This document shows positions 1 through 14,300 of a stretch of DNA of 64,000 bases, piece after piece. Numbering within the stretch: the stretch's first letter is position 1; each line of letters begins with the position of its first letter. Both the position numbers and the translations under genes were made by a program. A model generated the notes under the pieces. It did not search any database, had not been told where the DNA came from, and was given only the letters and a program-made list of their open reading frames with translations. The DNA lies in NCBI GenBank assembly GCA_040954595.2, contig CM082586.2, positions 5,752,509 through 5,816,508 of the forward strand, written 5' to 3'. The DNA comes from Balanoglossus misakiensis. Lineage: Eukaryota > Animalia > Hemichordata.

Positions 1-3000
1 TTTATGAATATGTGCAGATTGTATATGGGTAAATCAATACTTTAACTGAAAATACAATTTCAAGTTGACGAGAAATCTTTATTGGCAAAGGTCAAAGTAA
101 ATACGGTAACAAGTTAAATGCCTTGGAGATGAAATTAGGCTTATTATTTTGCATACGATGCATACGCCAGGTATAATGTTCACTTCTGGGACAAAACTTT
201 GAATTGAAGCTGTCAGCGATAATACTGCCATCCGACTAAAGTACTTAAGTGCAAACTTTCTCAACAGATCATATCAGACTACTTGGAATGGAAGTTTACC
301 AGAGAGTCGCCACTAATCAAAACCATCTGACGCCGAAGTCATCGATTCGCCCTAAATATCGACGGGGTGTAAATCCCACACCCACTGAAAAAGGCCTGAC
401 GCTTTTCCATCATCATTCAGTTGCCTGTTTATTGTCGTCGAGGGCAAATCACAGTTTTCAGGCACCGGTATTGACGCGTAAAGCATCGTCTTTCCGCATG
501 TAACGCCATGATGACACAGTCAGTGGGGTGGTTAATGCAGAAAGCTTGTTCGCCAAATCGTTAAATTGTACGGATAATAACCCACAGTGTAAGAGATTAA
601 AACACTAAACGGAAACCTAGCTTTACAGAGAAAAAGCTTTCGCACTATGTTATCTTTCCTGCACTGAATTTCATATATTACAAACATGTACCGGCACAGT
701 CAAAGAAAATCGCACAGAAAATTGATTTGTTGAATAAGTGCAAAGGAAGTGAACTACACTAATATTCTATCTATTAACAGTAGACATTTAAAAACAGATC
801 GCTCGCGAGTGAGAATACATATATGGGCACTTCCACGTCGCGCATGTTGATACATTCACATGGCCCCAATACACCAATAACTTTTCCAGTAACAAGAGGG
901 GATACATTTGCATTTCCCATTTCCGCACCTGCTACTCTGTAGGATTTTGTTCAAATGCAAATGAAACATCTAAACATCTAATGCTTTCACGGGATGAAAA
1001 TAGCATCGATTCAAGTTCCTGGGTGTATTACACGAACATTGCATCTGATCATCGTAGCTGAAAACCGAACAGCCATTTTATATTACAGAGTCTACTTCTT
1101 AATGGAACACACACCCATCATAATAATGGTATCCTTAAACATAAATATTCTTCTGGGAAGGACCGGTCAGTGAATTCACGATCGCTCGATATCTACCATA
1201 CCTTTAAAAATTGATTTGCTGTATCTTGAGAAAACGCTGCGAGATATTTCAAGCGGAAACGTTCGTGATGAAGAGATTTTGTCTCTCTCTTTAAGAATGT
1301 GTCGATGATATCTATCTCGCTCTAAGTATCTTCCACAAGGTCTCTGAGGTGTAAGATGACAAATCATTCGTCTGATTGTTGGTGTGAGATTTTGACGTCA
1401 GTATCACTATAACAGAGAACTTCATAGGTGTATGCTCCAAAATGACTCTTTGTCTATGCAGTGGGGCCAAGTGTGTGGGTCTATTTTTAATCGTTGTGAG
1501 TATGGACATGGGAAATGTTTCTAGTTTTACCCAATGTGAACCTGGTACATGATACTGCATCAACTAACTGGAAGCGGCTCAGTTGGTTTCGATGAATGTG
1601 TACGTGGGCTGCAGGAGCCGTAGGAAATTTCAATGAAACTTTCATGTCAAGGGCAACATGACGCATACAGAAGGTTTCAAATGAAAATAATTTAGTTCTA
1701 ATAGTAAAGTCTCCTCTCCATTTGGACCTTCACGTTTTGTCTAATTACAGGGACACGCCGTGAACGGTTCCATTACTTTTTACGTGACAAAAATGCAAGG
1801 AAGCTTAATTGGGGTATGCATGTCAAGACATCTAAGCATGTACATTATAAGAATTCTATAAATATTATATTATCTCGTTTGGGAGTTTACTGTTATTGTT
1901 ATATTAACCACTTTGGGAGCTCAACTTCAAATCAGAAAAAGAGCTAAAAACAATTTTCATATCATCTTGGTGTATCAACTTATCACCTCCAGTTATAGCG
2001 CGGTGTCGCGTGTCTTTCCCGCGTAATTATTGGATAATTATCAACTCGTTTATTTCATACTCGTGCTGAACTGGGCAACGTCACGCATGTCGATGGATAA
2101 CAACTGTATCCAACGGCCTTTTATAATGAGTTCACTTGATAATAATGAAAATGCACCGTGCGAGTGTTTTGAATTTGGAAACAATTATAAGTACATGTGT
2201 ACTTTGGCGTTTAAAAATAGCCACTGTATGACCATGTACTCAGAGACACCATTTTATCTGCAATGGAACATATGCCATGAGCGGCTACGAAGGCTCTACG
2301 CGCCAGCTTCGAATTCTCTTGAAAACAATGACTCAAATCCCTCTCTGCTATTAATATCCAGCGTCCAGCATACTTGATAGAATCTCGAGGGAGACTCCTT
2401 GGCAGGGAAGACTTTATGGTGCATGACTGTATGTAGTATAAGATCGAGGTTCGATAAGCCCTGTCTGCATGCGAGACATTATAGCATGTTAAGAGAAATC
2501 AAACATGGCAGTCGGTAAGCTGGCTCGGAGGTTTGAGTGAACCACCATTTAAACTTGGCAAACACTAAACCGTACGGCAACTATGTCACAGTACTTAATC
2601 CCCGGCATTACTAGGGTGCAGGTGCTACAATTTCATCGATAAGATAAAAGAAGAAATATGAGATGAACACGCAGTTGTTCTCTTCTTAAATTATGTATCT
2701 TTCTTTACATCATAACGGATTGGATGTTGGATTTATGCTGAGGAAAAATGTCATATTGTTAACACCACCGGGCTACAGTTATTCAGATCCTTCGATATGT
2801 ACCTACAATCAAGAAGCAGGAAATGACCTATGTTGTGTGCGGTGCTATAAGATTTAATAAGCAGCCTCTAGCTTACCAGGTTTTAAAACCACAGTCGATT
2901 CCTTTAGTCATGTCGGTGTGACTGTTATTATTTTTAACATGGAAGCTTATAAACAAATACAGTTCCAGACCTGCAGAAGTTTACATCACAATTTGATTGT

Positions 3001-4508
3001 TTAGACAGACTCAGTGTTACAATCAATACAGTAAAATTATACGTTACTGCAATATCACAGATATTCATTAACGTCAAGTCTTGGTCGTTTAAAATAGTAT
3101 TTACCGGTATACGGAGACTGTCCTTCAATTATGTTCATAGCAAACTAAAGCATGGGGATAGGCATGGAGTTTTGATGGAACATAACCACCCGTCTTAAAA
3201 TGAGAAAATCTAAGTGTTGAGTAGTTGAACATGAGATAGAAGCGACGTTCTTAATTCTCAGTAAACAGTGGTTTGCATGTGAAATCAATGTACTCCACCA
3301 ATGGCAGAAAACTAAAAAGATTACGGCCTAATTCAGCCAGTTTCACAGCATGAGTTCCCCATAAGTGGGCACTAGTCCTCTATTCATGTCACGAGAATGT
3401 TAAAGACAGATACTGAATACAATTTTATACCATTGTCTATAGTAATTCACAGTGAGAATAGCGATATAATGCACGGTAGAAGACATTGAAGTGCGCCACC
3501 ACATAAACATCAGATATATGATTCAGTCATTTATCAACTTGGGCACTCCAAAACATTGGCGCTCTTCAGCATCTGATTTCGTTCAAACTTTGCCCGCTTT
3601 ATCATCATCATTTGATCATCTTTGTGTTGTGTTTTGTCAAAGCCATCTATCCTTGTCACTTCTACTTTAGTTTCACACTCACTGCAGCTAAATAACGGGA
3701 TGTTCGAGTCATTATTTGTCAGCATCAGACGAGGATCATGTCATTTTGGAAGGGTTCAGGAACGGATCATATCAATTAACCTGGGGAGTTCCATACAACG
3801 TGTAGGCGATATACCTCTTTGCAGTAAGTTTCTTGCAAATTCTCGTTTGGCCGCAAAACCCAGACTAGAATCCTAATGACCTGATTAGTAAATTCCATGA
3901 CCCACAAAAATGCCACAAGGCATTTATTAAAACACTACTTTCTCCAGACCCTGTTATCATTGTTCCATATATTGTGGAATGTACATCCTCAGACAGACAT
4001 GTTTACACTGAACACTAATTGGCAATAGGATATAATCACCACATCAAGCGATCTATCAGCTGTGCTTGTCCTCGTCTGTTACCGAGGTCATGTGTTTTTA
4101 CTCTGGGACGTCCTTCAGACATTTGGCCTGTAGGTATGCACACATGTTTGAAGCAGCTATATAAATTTTAGGGTGGTGAAAAGTGTGACCACTCTAAAGA
4201 TAGCCGTTAAATGACGTACACTGAGCATAAAGAAAAGAAACCCAGCCACATGGCTATTGTTTTAAGTAGAACTGCAGCATTCCATTTAATGAAATTGACA
4301 TGTACTCAGTGGCTACCAACATAAACATTTGAAAAACTTGATTGTACATGTGTGCTTTATGCAGAACACATGGTGGAAGTCAAATATTCCAAACCCCGTT
4401 TTATAAGAAATGTAAGGTTTTGGTTCTAATATTTCAAGTACCATAATGACGATGGGCATTGAAATGGGTGAAAGTGTTCAACATGCCAGAAGCTGTTACT
4501 TTTGTTCC

Positions 4509-4682
4509 ATGATGATGATGATGATGGCGGTGGGGGTTGTGGTGGTGTTGGTGGTTTTGGTGGTGGTGGCGGCGTGGGTGGTTGTGTTGGTGGTTTTGGT
4601 GGTGGTGGCGGCGTGGGTGGTGGTGTTGGTAGTTTTGGTGGTGGTGGCTGTGTGGGTGGTGGTGGTTTTGATGGTGGTGGTA

Positions 4683-4729
<47 letters not shown>
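4509..4729. repeat. Compound repeat: (GAT)n tracts flanking a GGT-rich 39-bp minisatellite
   Basis: A short (GAT)n tract, then about 3.5 copies of GTGGTGGCGGCGTGGGTGGTTGTGTTGGTGGTTTTGGTG, then a long pure (GAT)n tract. This explains the four low-complexity ORFs at 4434-4931. Confidence 0.95.
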
Positions 4730-7700
4730 AGTTATACAAGTTTGGTCTGTAGTAGGGCAAAACCGAGTAACATGAATAGCAGCATTCAAAATTAATGCGG
4801 ATGTGATCCAAAATAAGAGGAAGACATTGCAAAAAAGAATAGACAAAAAATACATACCTGTTGGTATGATGACAAGCACGACAGAACCCTTTATGGTCAG
4901 ATGGCACACGTTTAATGTTTTTATCAATCACACGAACAGCTGGACTTCAGAGGTGTGGTTTCACTGTAAGGTTTGAGATGTCCATGAAGTAAAATGCGGA
5001 TCATTCACAGTTGCGTTTCACTTTAGCTGTATGTGAGGTAGTATGGCTGAAGGACGCAGTGTCCTATGTATGATAGCCAGCATCTATAACCAAGCTTTAA
5101 ATATACCCAGCGAAAACCTCATGCACGATGTTATTGCACACCATATGGCGCCGCCAACTGAATCATGTGAGTTATGGCTGACACTGTGTTAGGAAATCCA
5201 TTTCTCATGAAAAAAGAATGCAATCCCTTAATTGGAAAAGAATGTTGATAATTTAGACGGCAGGTATGGCAACCGTTCTTACCTAGTATTTACGTCGACT
5301 TGTTCATAGTCTCTCGAGTATCAAAGTACATGATCTTGCTATGTATTCCACCAGTTACCTTGCGGCGCCACAACTTTGGTAAAATGATTCACCTCCTTAC
5401 GGAAACTGACAATGCAATCAGTCGCAACAAGAAGCTGTCGTTTATCCCTGACGAGGGCGTAGTGTAAGAGTCGCACGCACCGCCAGAACAAAGATTGACC
5501 GAGGAGTCACTCAACTGATAGATAGATAGATATCAAGCCAGTTTCTCTGACTTAAAAATTACGATTTGTTCTTGCTGTAGCAAAGTGTCAAATTGCCCCA
5601 AGGAAAGAACGTGGGAGGTTTCTTAAGAGCCGATCGAGTCTGGTTTGATGGGATGAAATGCTGTGTCATTAGTATGCAGTCCAAAAGACTGTATGGCGTA
5701 GTACAAGTACATTTACAATTACACTTGTTTGAAGCAGCCAATTAGTGACTATGGCCAATTGTCTGCTCGTCACAAAACATTCATTTTTTGATGTTAACTG
5801 CCACCAAACAATCCACCAACAACTGGTTGACACCAGTCGACACCATTATAAATTTTAATCAGGGAATGGGAGGAAACTTGCAAAAGCCAGTAGCAGCATG
5901 ACAATTTACTCGAGTCGTCAAGTTATTTTGTGAACAACAGCACAACACAGGCAACCAGCAAGGCGCACAGTACAAAGTCAAGTCCATGAAGGAAAGATTC
6001 ATGGACTTCCTGAAAACCAGGAAGTGATACTGTGGATAAAAGGGATTATTTTTGCAATCCCATGTGATATATCAAAGTGACCAATGACAGTAATGAGTCA
6101 ATACTAATCAACTGTAATGGAACTGTTATCATCAAACTGTATTTCTGGAGATTAAAGTTTACAGCTTTTAAGCTAGTAAATCTTGGCATAATAAACCAAA
6201 GCCTGTAATGAGATCATAAATGAAATCAAAACCGAATACTGAAACTCCGGAGGCTGGCTTTTGCGATGTATGGAAATAAAGATCATCCAAATTAGACTTG
6301 TGCCGGCTGGCCTAGTTATATTGCATCTCAGATTAAAGTTTTTTTTATTATGAAGGAGCCATCAAACTCTGTGTTATTAACATCTCACATACTCCAAAAT
6401 TACTCAGCTAATGAGTACGCATACTAATAGAAAGAATATGTTAATCACAAGAATAGTTACTCTAACTATATCACATCCTCCTTGATGGTGTAATTAACAG
6501 TCATCTGGCAACCTCACTTCATGCATACATGTTGATAAACTGCACCCTTATGGTACGTCACCTGTTGTCACCATCTGTATTGACGTCACCAGAAACCACT
6601 GTTGACCATGAATCTTACAGTTGCCAACGTACAGTGACGTATGTTTTAACGTTTGATGTGGTATCGAAGGACGAAGCTTTGATGATATCAAGAGAATGGT
6701 ATCAACTGGGTATAGTTTGGACATGAGAACAGAGGACAAATGTATCCTACTTCTCCGCTTAATCGAGAATACTTTCAAACAGTTTGCATCTCATGTTTTT
6801 GATTGGGCTTCAGATAGCCTCGGGGCCAGTCCTGTCCACCAGCAGGACTACTAATTATAGAATGGCGTGCACAAATTCTAGTTGCATCTCCAAAGGCATG
6901 TTTAGAAAATCACAATTGTGTGGTCATGGCCTAGTACGGGTTCACGTGTAACATAGATGTATAACTATTTCATCTTGCAATTGAATGGGCATACATGTTA
7001 TGAACAGCTTATCTTTTGTTTCCCCAATAAACATTTCTATGCATAGATAAAGAGTACATTGTATGAATCTTGTTAGATTTGGTCCAAAACGACTCATAGC
7101 GATGGGCAAAAAGATAAGGGTCCCCTTTCTTGAAGAAGATAGACAATGTTGTGTCAATCTGGTTTTGCACTTGCTCAAGCAATATAATCCTTCTCTTGTC
7201 AAAAAAATAACAAAAAAACTCGTTTATTTTATCAAAATATGTTTTATTAAATAACAAATTGTGGTAAGATCGATTAGGGAGGTTCTCAATGGAGTGTATG
7301 AGCTTAAATAGTAAACATTTTACTTTACAAAATTGTTCATTTCAATTATTGCTGAAAAGTGTTCAGAAACTATTTGGTATCAGGGCAAGGAAATTCCACT
7401 CTCAGAAGGAAAGTCTCAGAAGATACAAATTGACATTTCTCACGGTGACCAGGCGTAGCACGAAAATATTTTAGTGCATAGGTATAAGACACAACAAGTA
7501 GATAATAAATGAAACAGTTGGTACAAAAATAACATTGCTTTTTACGAAAAATAAGTCAATCTTTATCAAATTCAGTTCAGTTTGAAATATTGAAAGCACG
7601 CGCAATAACATTCTGTTTGCGAACAATACCCTGAAATCTTATCATATCCATTACAGGAGTATGAAATATGGCTTCCGTGAGATAGTATTCTATATGCAAT

Positions 7701-8397
7701 CAATTCAGCTGTCACGCCACCTAAACTCTGCAATATAATCATACATGTACTAATATTCAATGCAAGGGTATTTACATCTGGGTTACATGCAAAGGTTCAT
7801 TAAATATTTAAATACTTTACCATCATTATGACTAATGATCTTTGACTCATTAGATGCTCTAATTAGTCATGAGACGTAGTTACAATCATCCATGCATAAC
7901 CGAGAAGCCATCAGCATTACTTAAACACTCTTCTATTATCACTGTGTCTCCAACTTTATACTTCTATAGTCAAATTCTATTGTTGTTATGCACTTAATGA
8001 GTAAATGATGTTATAAATATATTGGACACCAAGGAAGACGTCGTCAGGATGATTAGACATTACTGTAACCATTGTATCTCTGAGGTTAGGTCAATTTGAG
8101 CAATGTTATTGTGATCTATATCTTAATTGCCAAACAATAAGCTAATCACATAGTTATTTCTGACAATTAGTGCTTAAGAGTTACCAGGCAAATTTTCCAT
8201 TTGCATCCGAGTTGGATGGCACAAATACAGGAATACTATAGCAACATAGAACCAAGAGTGTTCTGACAACACAGTACAAAAGAGAGGTAAAGGTAATGAC
8301 AACCATTCTATACATCTACCCTATATTAAGTCCATGTGCATGCATATATGGTGCTATGCATTTTAATAGCTATATTTCCTCATAAATGTCTACTGAG

Positions 8398-11300
8398 CTA
8401 ACTCTTTGGTGAAATGGGGTAAACGGACCAGTAAGATATGCAGAATATAAGGAAAACTAATGGAAGAAAAACCCGACTAAACCTGTCTATTGCTAGAGCT
8501 ACACACAGATAATCCATCTGCTCATTGGATGAGTACATCAATTCAGCTGTTGTTAGTACGTGCGAATCTTGTCGTTTAAGGTATGGCCGATAAACTTTTG
8601 ATCGCACTCTGTTCCTCCGATTCGACAATTTAGGATGCTCGCCCGCCACATTGTTAGCCTGTCCATCTTCTGCATGTACATTTTGAATACTTGATGTTTT
8701 GTTAATCCATTCTTCACTTACAGGGTCACCTTCCTATAAAGAAATTCGGTGTAGATGAATGACTATTTATGTTATGCGATACAGTATATTTTGTATCAGA
8801 ACTATTTTATGATTATAAGAAATCCAGAAATATTGTATAAATTTTCTGTTGACTTACCTGATGATTTCCTTCGTTGTTGTCTTCTTTTATGGAATCTCTC
8901 ATTTTGATAGTTCTTCTGAATTCTCGCCTCTTTCTCCTCTCAGCATATTGTCCCTTTTCAAAGGAATACAAGTAATACACCACAGAGTATTCCAGCAATG
9001 CTGCGAAGACCAGTATTTGACATGCAACCATCCACACGTCGATTGCCTGTAAAAACAAACAGACATAAGTCCATTTTTTTCGTTGTTAACTTCTGTCAAA
9101 TAGAATAACTATGAAAAGATAATTAGTTTGATATACTGGTATAGATAGACAGAGAGGAACGTAATAATATACAATATGTCTACTGTTATACTTGTAAATT
9201 GTAATTTACGTCTTCTGTATTTGCAATTCTGGTACTCACTGTTGCGTAAGCTACTTTCGGTAGTTGACTTCGCAGCCACGTTGCCTGGGTTACCAATGCC
9301 AACACGGTTGTAACACCGAGGGCCACACGCGCCGGGGCTGCCGAAATTTCGACCCACACTGACAGCCAGGAAAGCGCCACCAAGAGAGAACTTGGAATAT
9401 AGGCTTGAAGTACGTAGAATCCGAGACTTCGAATTAACATGAAATTGACACTTAGGTATGAGAAGTTGCCTGTGGGATGATAGTGGAGAGACAAGTTAAA
9501 ATTTTTGTATTACTTAGGCATTCAATTAGGCATTCAAAAAAAAACAATGATATAAAGAAGGGAGATAAAGATGTTACAAAATTCCATCTGATGTAATGTC
9601 TATGTAGAAAGGTTTGATTGATAACCAGAAGCTTCAATAATACCTGTGATATATTTGGTTTTATCAGCATGAAATGTAATGTTGTCGATATAATACTGTG
9701 GCAGTGTCACATTCTTATCTATTTCAACTGGGTCGCTGCTATTCCACCAAGCCAGAAACATATCATCCATGCTATAAGAGTCTGAAAAGAAAATAATAAC
9801 AATAATGAATGGCTCGAGTCTATACACAACCATGTTTTCAAAAAAAAATCAAAACTCAGATTACACTTTGGAAAATTGTCTGTGACTTTGAAGTAGTTCT
9901 GAGACGCAGGCCAGCCATCGGATTTTCAGAGTATTTAGGTCATTCGGCCTTTAAGGGACACTGGCATCAGAATAATAACATCAGAAGACCTAACAGCTGT
10001 GTCCACTTGTCAGAGAGTATAATCACATTTTGATGAATGATTCCCACGAGAAAGTCCCCTCCAAACAACAGCCATCTTTGAACAAATGATTCAAAGCAGA
10101 AACCCTTTTGGGAAATTCCAAACAGAGAATTTTTGTGAACGTTGTGTGCATATAATGCCTCCACAGGTGATCATATATATATATATACAATCATAATATG
10201 AATGGAAATTTTGCGCACGTATTAAAGCATTGGCTCATTGAAAGAATATGTAATTGTCTGTGGTAGGTGACAAATATTGGTTCTATGCTAAATTATAAAG
10301 ATTTTGTTTTTAAATTTGACATTGTCTGTAACTCAAAGGATGAGTGACAGTCCTCCTGGATTTGTGGTTTACTGAAACTGCATCTGTACTTGAACTCTTT
10401 TGGTTAGTTTTAACTGGTGAAACATATCAGAATATACCCTTTCTGGACACCTGGTATGTCATGATAATGATTATTGAACCTGGATTGTCTATCAGCACCC
10501 AGAATAAGCAAGTTCTCAACAAATATTTTTCAGGACCAGAATCGGTTGATAGGCAATTGCGGAAGGAAAACTTGGATGGAAAATAACATGCGTGAGCATG
10601 CAGACGGCTATGACTATACATACAAAATCTGTTTATATTGTGAACACTTTAGCTGACCCCGACAGACTACTGAATACACTGATTGTCAGAGCACGTTGTC
10701 CAGCATAATTAGACTGAGATATACTCACATGATTCTACCCGTATGTAGCATGCTTGCTCGTCCATTGGGAACTTTCCAAGGAACATGTAGCAGGACAAGA
10801 CCATACTTAATCTGAAAGTGAAAACAAAATGCTATTTATGTATTTCAATATTTATTTATCTGTTTCAATATTGTTCACTTGCTCTGTAAGCCACACTGAT
10901 TTGAAACACGTTGTGACTCTGCTCATGTACGGTGCATGTATGTTCATGTTTAGCTTGTATATCTGGAGATAATTTTCAAAAGCACGGCCCTCACTTAAGG
11001 ATAATAATATCACGCCTATTTGCACAATTACAAGAAACCCCGTGGCATACAATATCATGAATAATTATCTGTCTGTTTATGTTGGTTCTTATGGTCCATA
11101 CATCATGCTGTCAAAAGTAGACGTCATGTCAAGAGTTGTCGATAACATTTCCAGGGAATCTTTGCTTGTTCAATTGTTCTGATTACCAGGTATCCAAAAA
11201 GCTCCAGGGAAATTTGCTCAACCGATTTTCTTTGACGTCCTAATACTCTGTTGATAACACAACAGTAAATCTCACAGTCGTCAAGCGTGTCAGCATCACT

Positions 11301-14300
11301 CAGGATCAGTTGTGCTATAAACTTCGTTGTAATGTACCATGACAAATGAGTTTGTTCGAATTAGTTGGCTTATCGCACCTTGTATAACATCCGTAGTGTT
11401 AAGGTAGTATGAAATAGTATGAGAGAATTTCTTAGGTTAAATATAACACAGAACGCGGCACAAAGGGTATATACAGCCATCTTTGCAAATTTTAATAGCC
11501 ACAATTATGGATAGTTGAGGTTTAGCCAATCACAGATTTTCAGTGGGTGGCCACATGAAAAAAAAGTAGCTGGTACGTTACATGATGACATCAATATGCT
11601 TTGACCACGAATGATAGGACAGGCACGTTATATCATGTTGATTTGGAAACTGCCGTAATCGACATGCGCCATTGGTTCTGAAAAAAATCGAAGCATAATT
11701 ACCTCAGACTATACAAAATATCGCCGTTGGGATAAATTCGCAAGAGGAGGTTGTCCTTGGGTGCCTGGTGAAGTTTAATCTCTTTGGCATTGGTGAAAAA
11801 CAGGTCTGGCACCCAGACCAGATCCAAGATGTCGCCTCCACTGAAGACGATTGCGCCGGTGGAATTGTGGCAAAGGCGAGGATCGTTCCAGGCTTGACGC
11901 AGGAAGATTGTAACTTCGTAGTCCTTTGAAAATAACCAGAATATCAACTTTTGCAGGCATTGCAGCAATATTTGGAAAACATTTGTTGGTGCATCATTTG
12001 TTGGTGCACCAATTGATCAACAGATAGATATATCTATAGAATGATTGGTTGACCATGTAATAAGTCTCTGGAAAATGCAACTCTTACCATGCTACTTTCA
12101 GATACAGAGTCAAAGCTATTGATGTTGATATTACATCTTACTTCGGTGGGTTCGCCTGAAGAAAATATTCACATATCATCGTTAGTAAAATAAACACAAG
12201 TATAGTTTAAATTCTTATGTTTCTTGCTATTTAGAGTCTGGTTTGTTATTTATATTTTCAAGTTATCGATCAGAAATATGTGGATTGTAACTCAAAAGGA
12301 CACAAATACTGTAGCGAAGATGAAAACTGATTAGGTATTACGTACCAGTGACTGTTGGACGAATCTTACTTGCATAGGAATTGACCAACGTCTTCAGCAG
12401 TCGAAGATCTTCTGCAAATATGTTGTTTCCCGATCTGTCAGGATAGAAGATGGTATTGTAACTGTCTTATTCTATCTTCAGTTTATGTAGGAAGACTTTG
12501 GGTTCAGAAGAAGACATCCAATGTCTTATGACAACTTAGACGACAGGTACGACACGGAAATATTGTTAATGTTAGACACTATTCCATATGCACGTTAGAA
12601 TAAATTCATGAACATGTTAGAATGTGGACTAAAACACACTAAGCCTTATAAAACTGGGTTTAGAAATGACAAAGCGATAAATCATGCAGCAAAGGCATTT
12701 GAAAGCGTGCAAGGCACATGCAAAAAAATTAGCAAAAATAAATACTTGTAGCAACATCATATCAAAATATAATTTTGACATGCTACGAATGATAGGAATT
12801 TGATGCATGGCAATTTTCACTTCTAATACGTGATAGGGAGTACCTCTACAGGGAAGGCAGGGATAGGTAGGGTGTGGTTCCAAAATCTTGTCAAAATGTC
12901 ACACCCGGGTTCTTTAGTTGCAAAACTAGCGGCTGTGTAAGACAATCCCTATGCCAAATATATGTTTGCTTTTAAAAGGAACTGAAATTAAAGGTTGGAA
13001 AAATAATGAGAACAGCTGAGCAAAATGTTAAATGAAAATTAGTAATTAGTCCTGGATTGTTGCAAGTCATGGTCAATAAAGATTATTTAGTACTACTTAA
13101 ACGGGAAAAAATATCCAATAATATGTAGATAACATATATTCATATTCTTAGTCGACGTTTACATCAACAAATAGAATTCTACTGGTATCCCGACACCAAA
13201 ATGTAAAATATGACATAATTTTCAGTAGCAGATGTCTGAGAGAGTTTGCATCTTTTTCAAAATGGAGACTGCACTGTGATCCTGGTTCTGATCTGTATCA
13301 CAACTTATACAACACATACATCATCCTATAAACATTCTAAAAGAGATGGTGAATCTTAACATAAACCGATGATTGATGCCGTTCACATTCCATGTATGTG
13401 TGACAATGATGAATGTGGAATGATAAAAATAAAGACCCCACTGTATACGGTACTCCTATCAACTATCCGTATTACAAGCAGGTCACTATATTGCCATATG
13501 TTACAATATAACCAAGCAAGAGAGAGAGAGAGTGTGCAATTGTTATAAACGCCACAACGCTCAGAAACCCGCCGCCATCTCGAAACTGGTCAATCAGTGC
13601 ACAGACCAGATCGACGCCTCACATTTCAATATGGCTTGGGTCTGAGGTTGCTGCTTACCCTTCAAACAAGGTCGAGGCTGTTTCTAAATAATTGGGCAAC
13701 ATAGTCTCTGATTTGGTAGGGCCTATGCAATGTGACGTTCCCATACGGTTCAGTACACCTGTTCGCCCGTACCCCCTGTAATAAGAAAACGTTGGAATTC
13801 GTTTTATGGGTGCCTGTTAGGCATTTTATGCAAACCATGCAGACACACATGCTGTATTCGGAACCGGATGCAATTGTTTGAATTGCATCACGTACGATAG
13901 ACGTTGAGATAAAACATTTAAAATTATGTCTAGGCCGCCGCCACTTTGCTATTTCTGAACATTACTTCAACACAAATGCAATTTCAATGCCCGTTTTGCA
14001 AAATAGATATGATTCTTCTACTTAGCCAGAATAGGGTATTTTCACTGGTTGGGAGAGTGCTCGATGCAATTCTGCAGAGCGGTTTGTAGGTTGAGGTGAC
14101 CGGTGGTGTAGTTGTGATTCCGAGTTTCATGTGGCGGCGATCATCAGACCGGATTCTTCTACGTAAATAAGCTTCAGAGTACACTCACAGGAGCATGTTA
14201 AGTGGTACAGAGAGCTGTGCTCCCATTTGCATTCTATCTAATAGGATCTATTTTGGTGTACAAGTTTTCTGTCAACACTCAGTCGTGTATACATAAACGT

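Noticed and set aside
4434-4931. His-, Thr-, Val/Met- and Gly/Asp-rich ORFs
   Set aside because: All are by-products of the trinucleotide/minisatellite array, with no splice or codon evidence.
5446-5480. CTGACGA hammerhead-ribozyme-like core
   Set aside because: The required GAAA core and flanking stems are missing (reads GTCGCAC).
3749-6009. Exon-like minus-strand segments (EVHESFLHGLDFVLCALLVACVVLLFTK at about 5923-6009; DSSLGFAAKREFARNLLQRGISPTRCMELPRLIDMIRS at about 3756-3872)
   Set aside because: Acceptors are plausible, but I could not build a consistent gene model or recognise a family.
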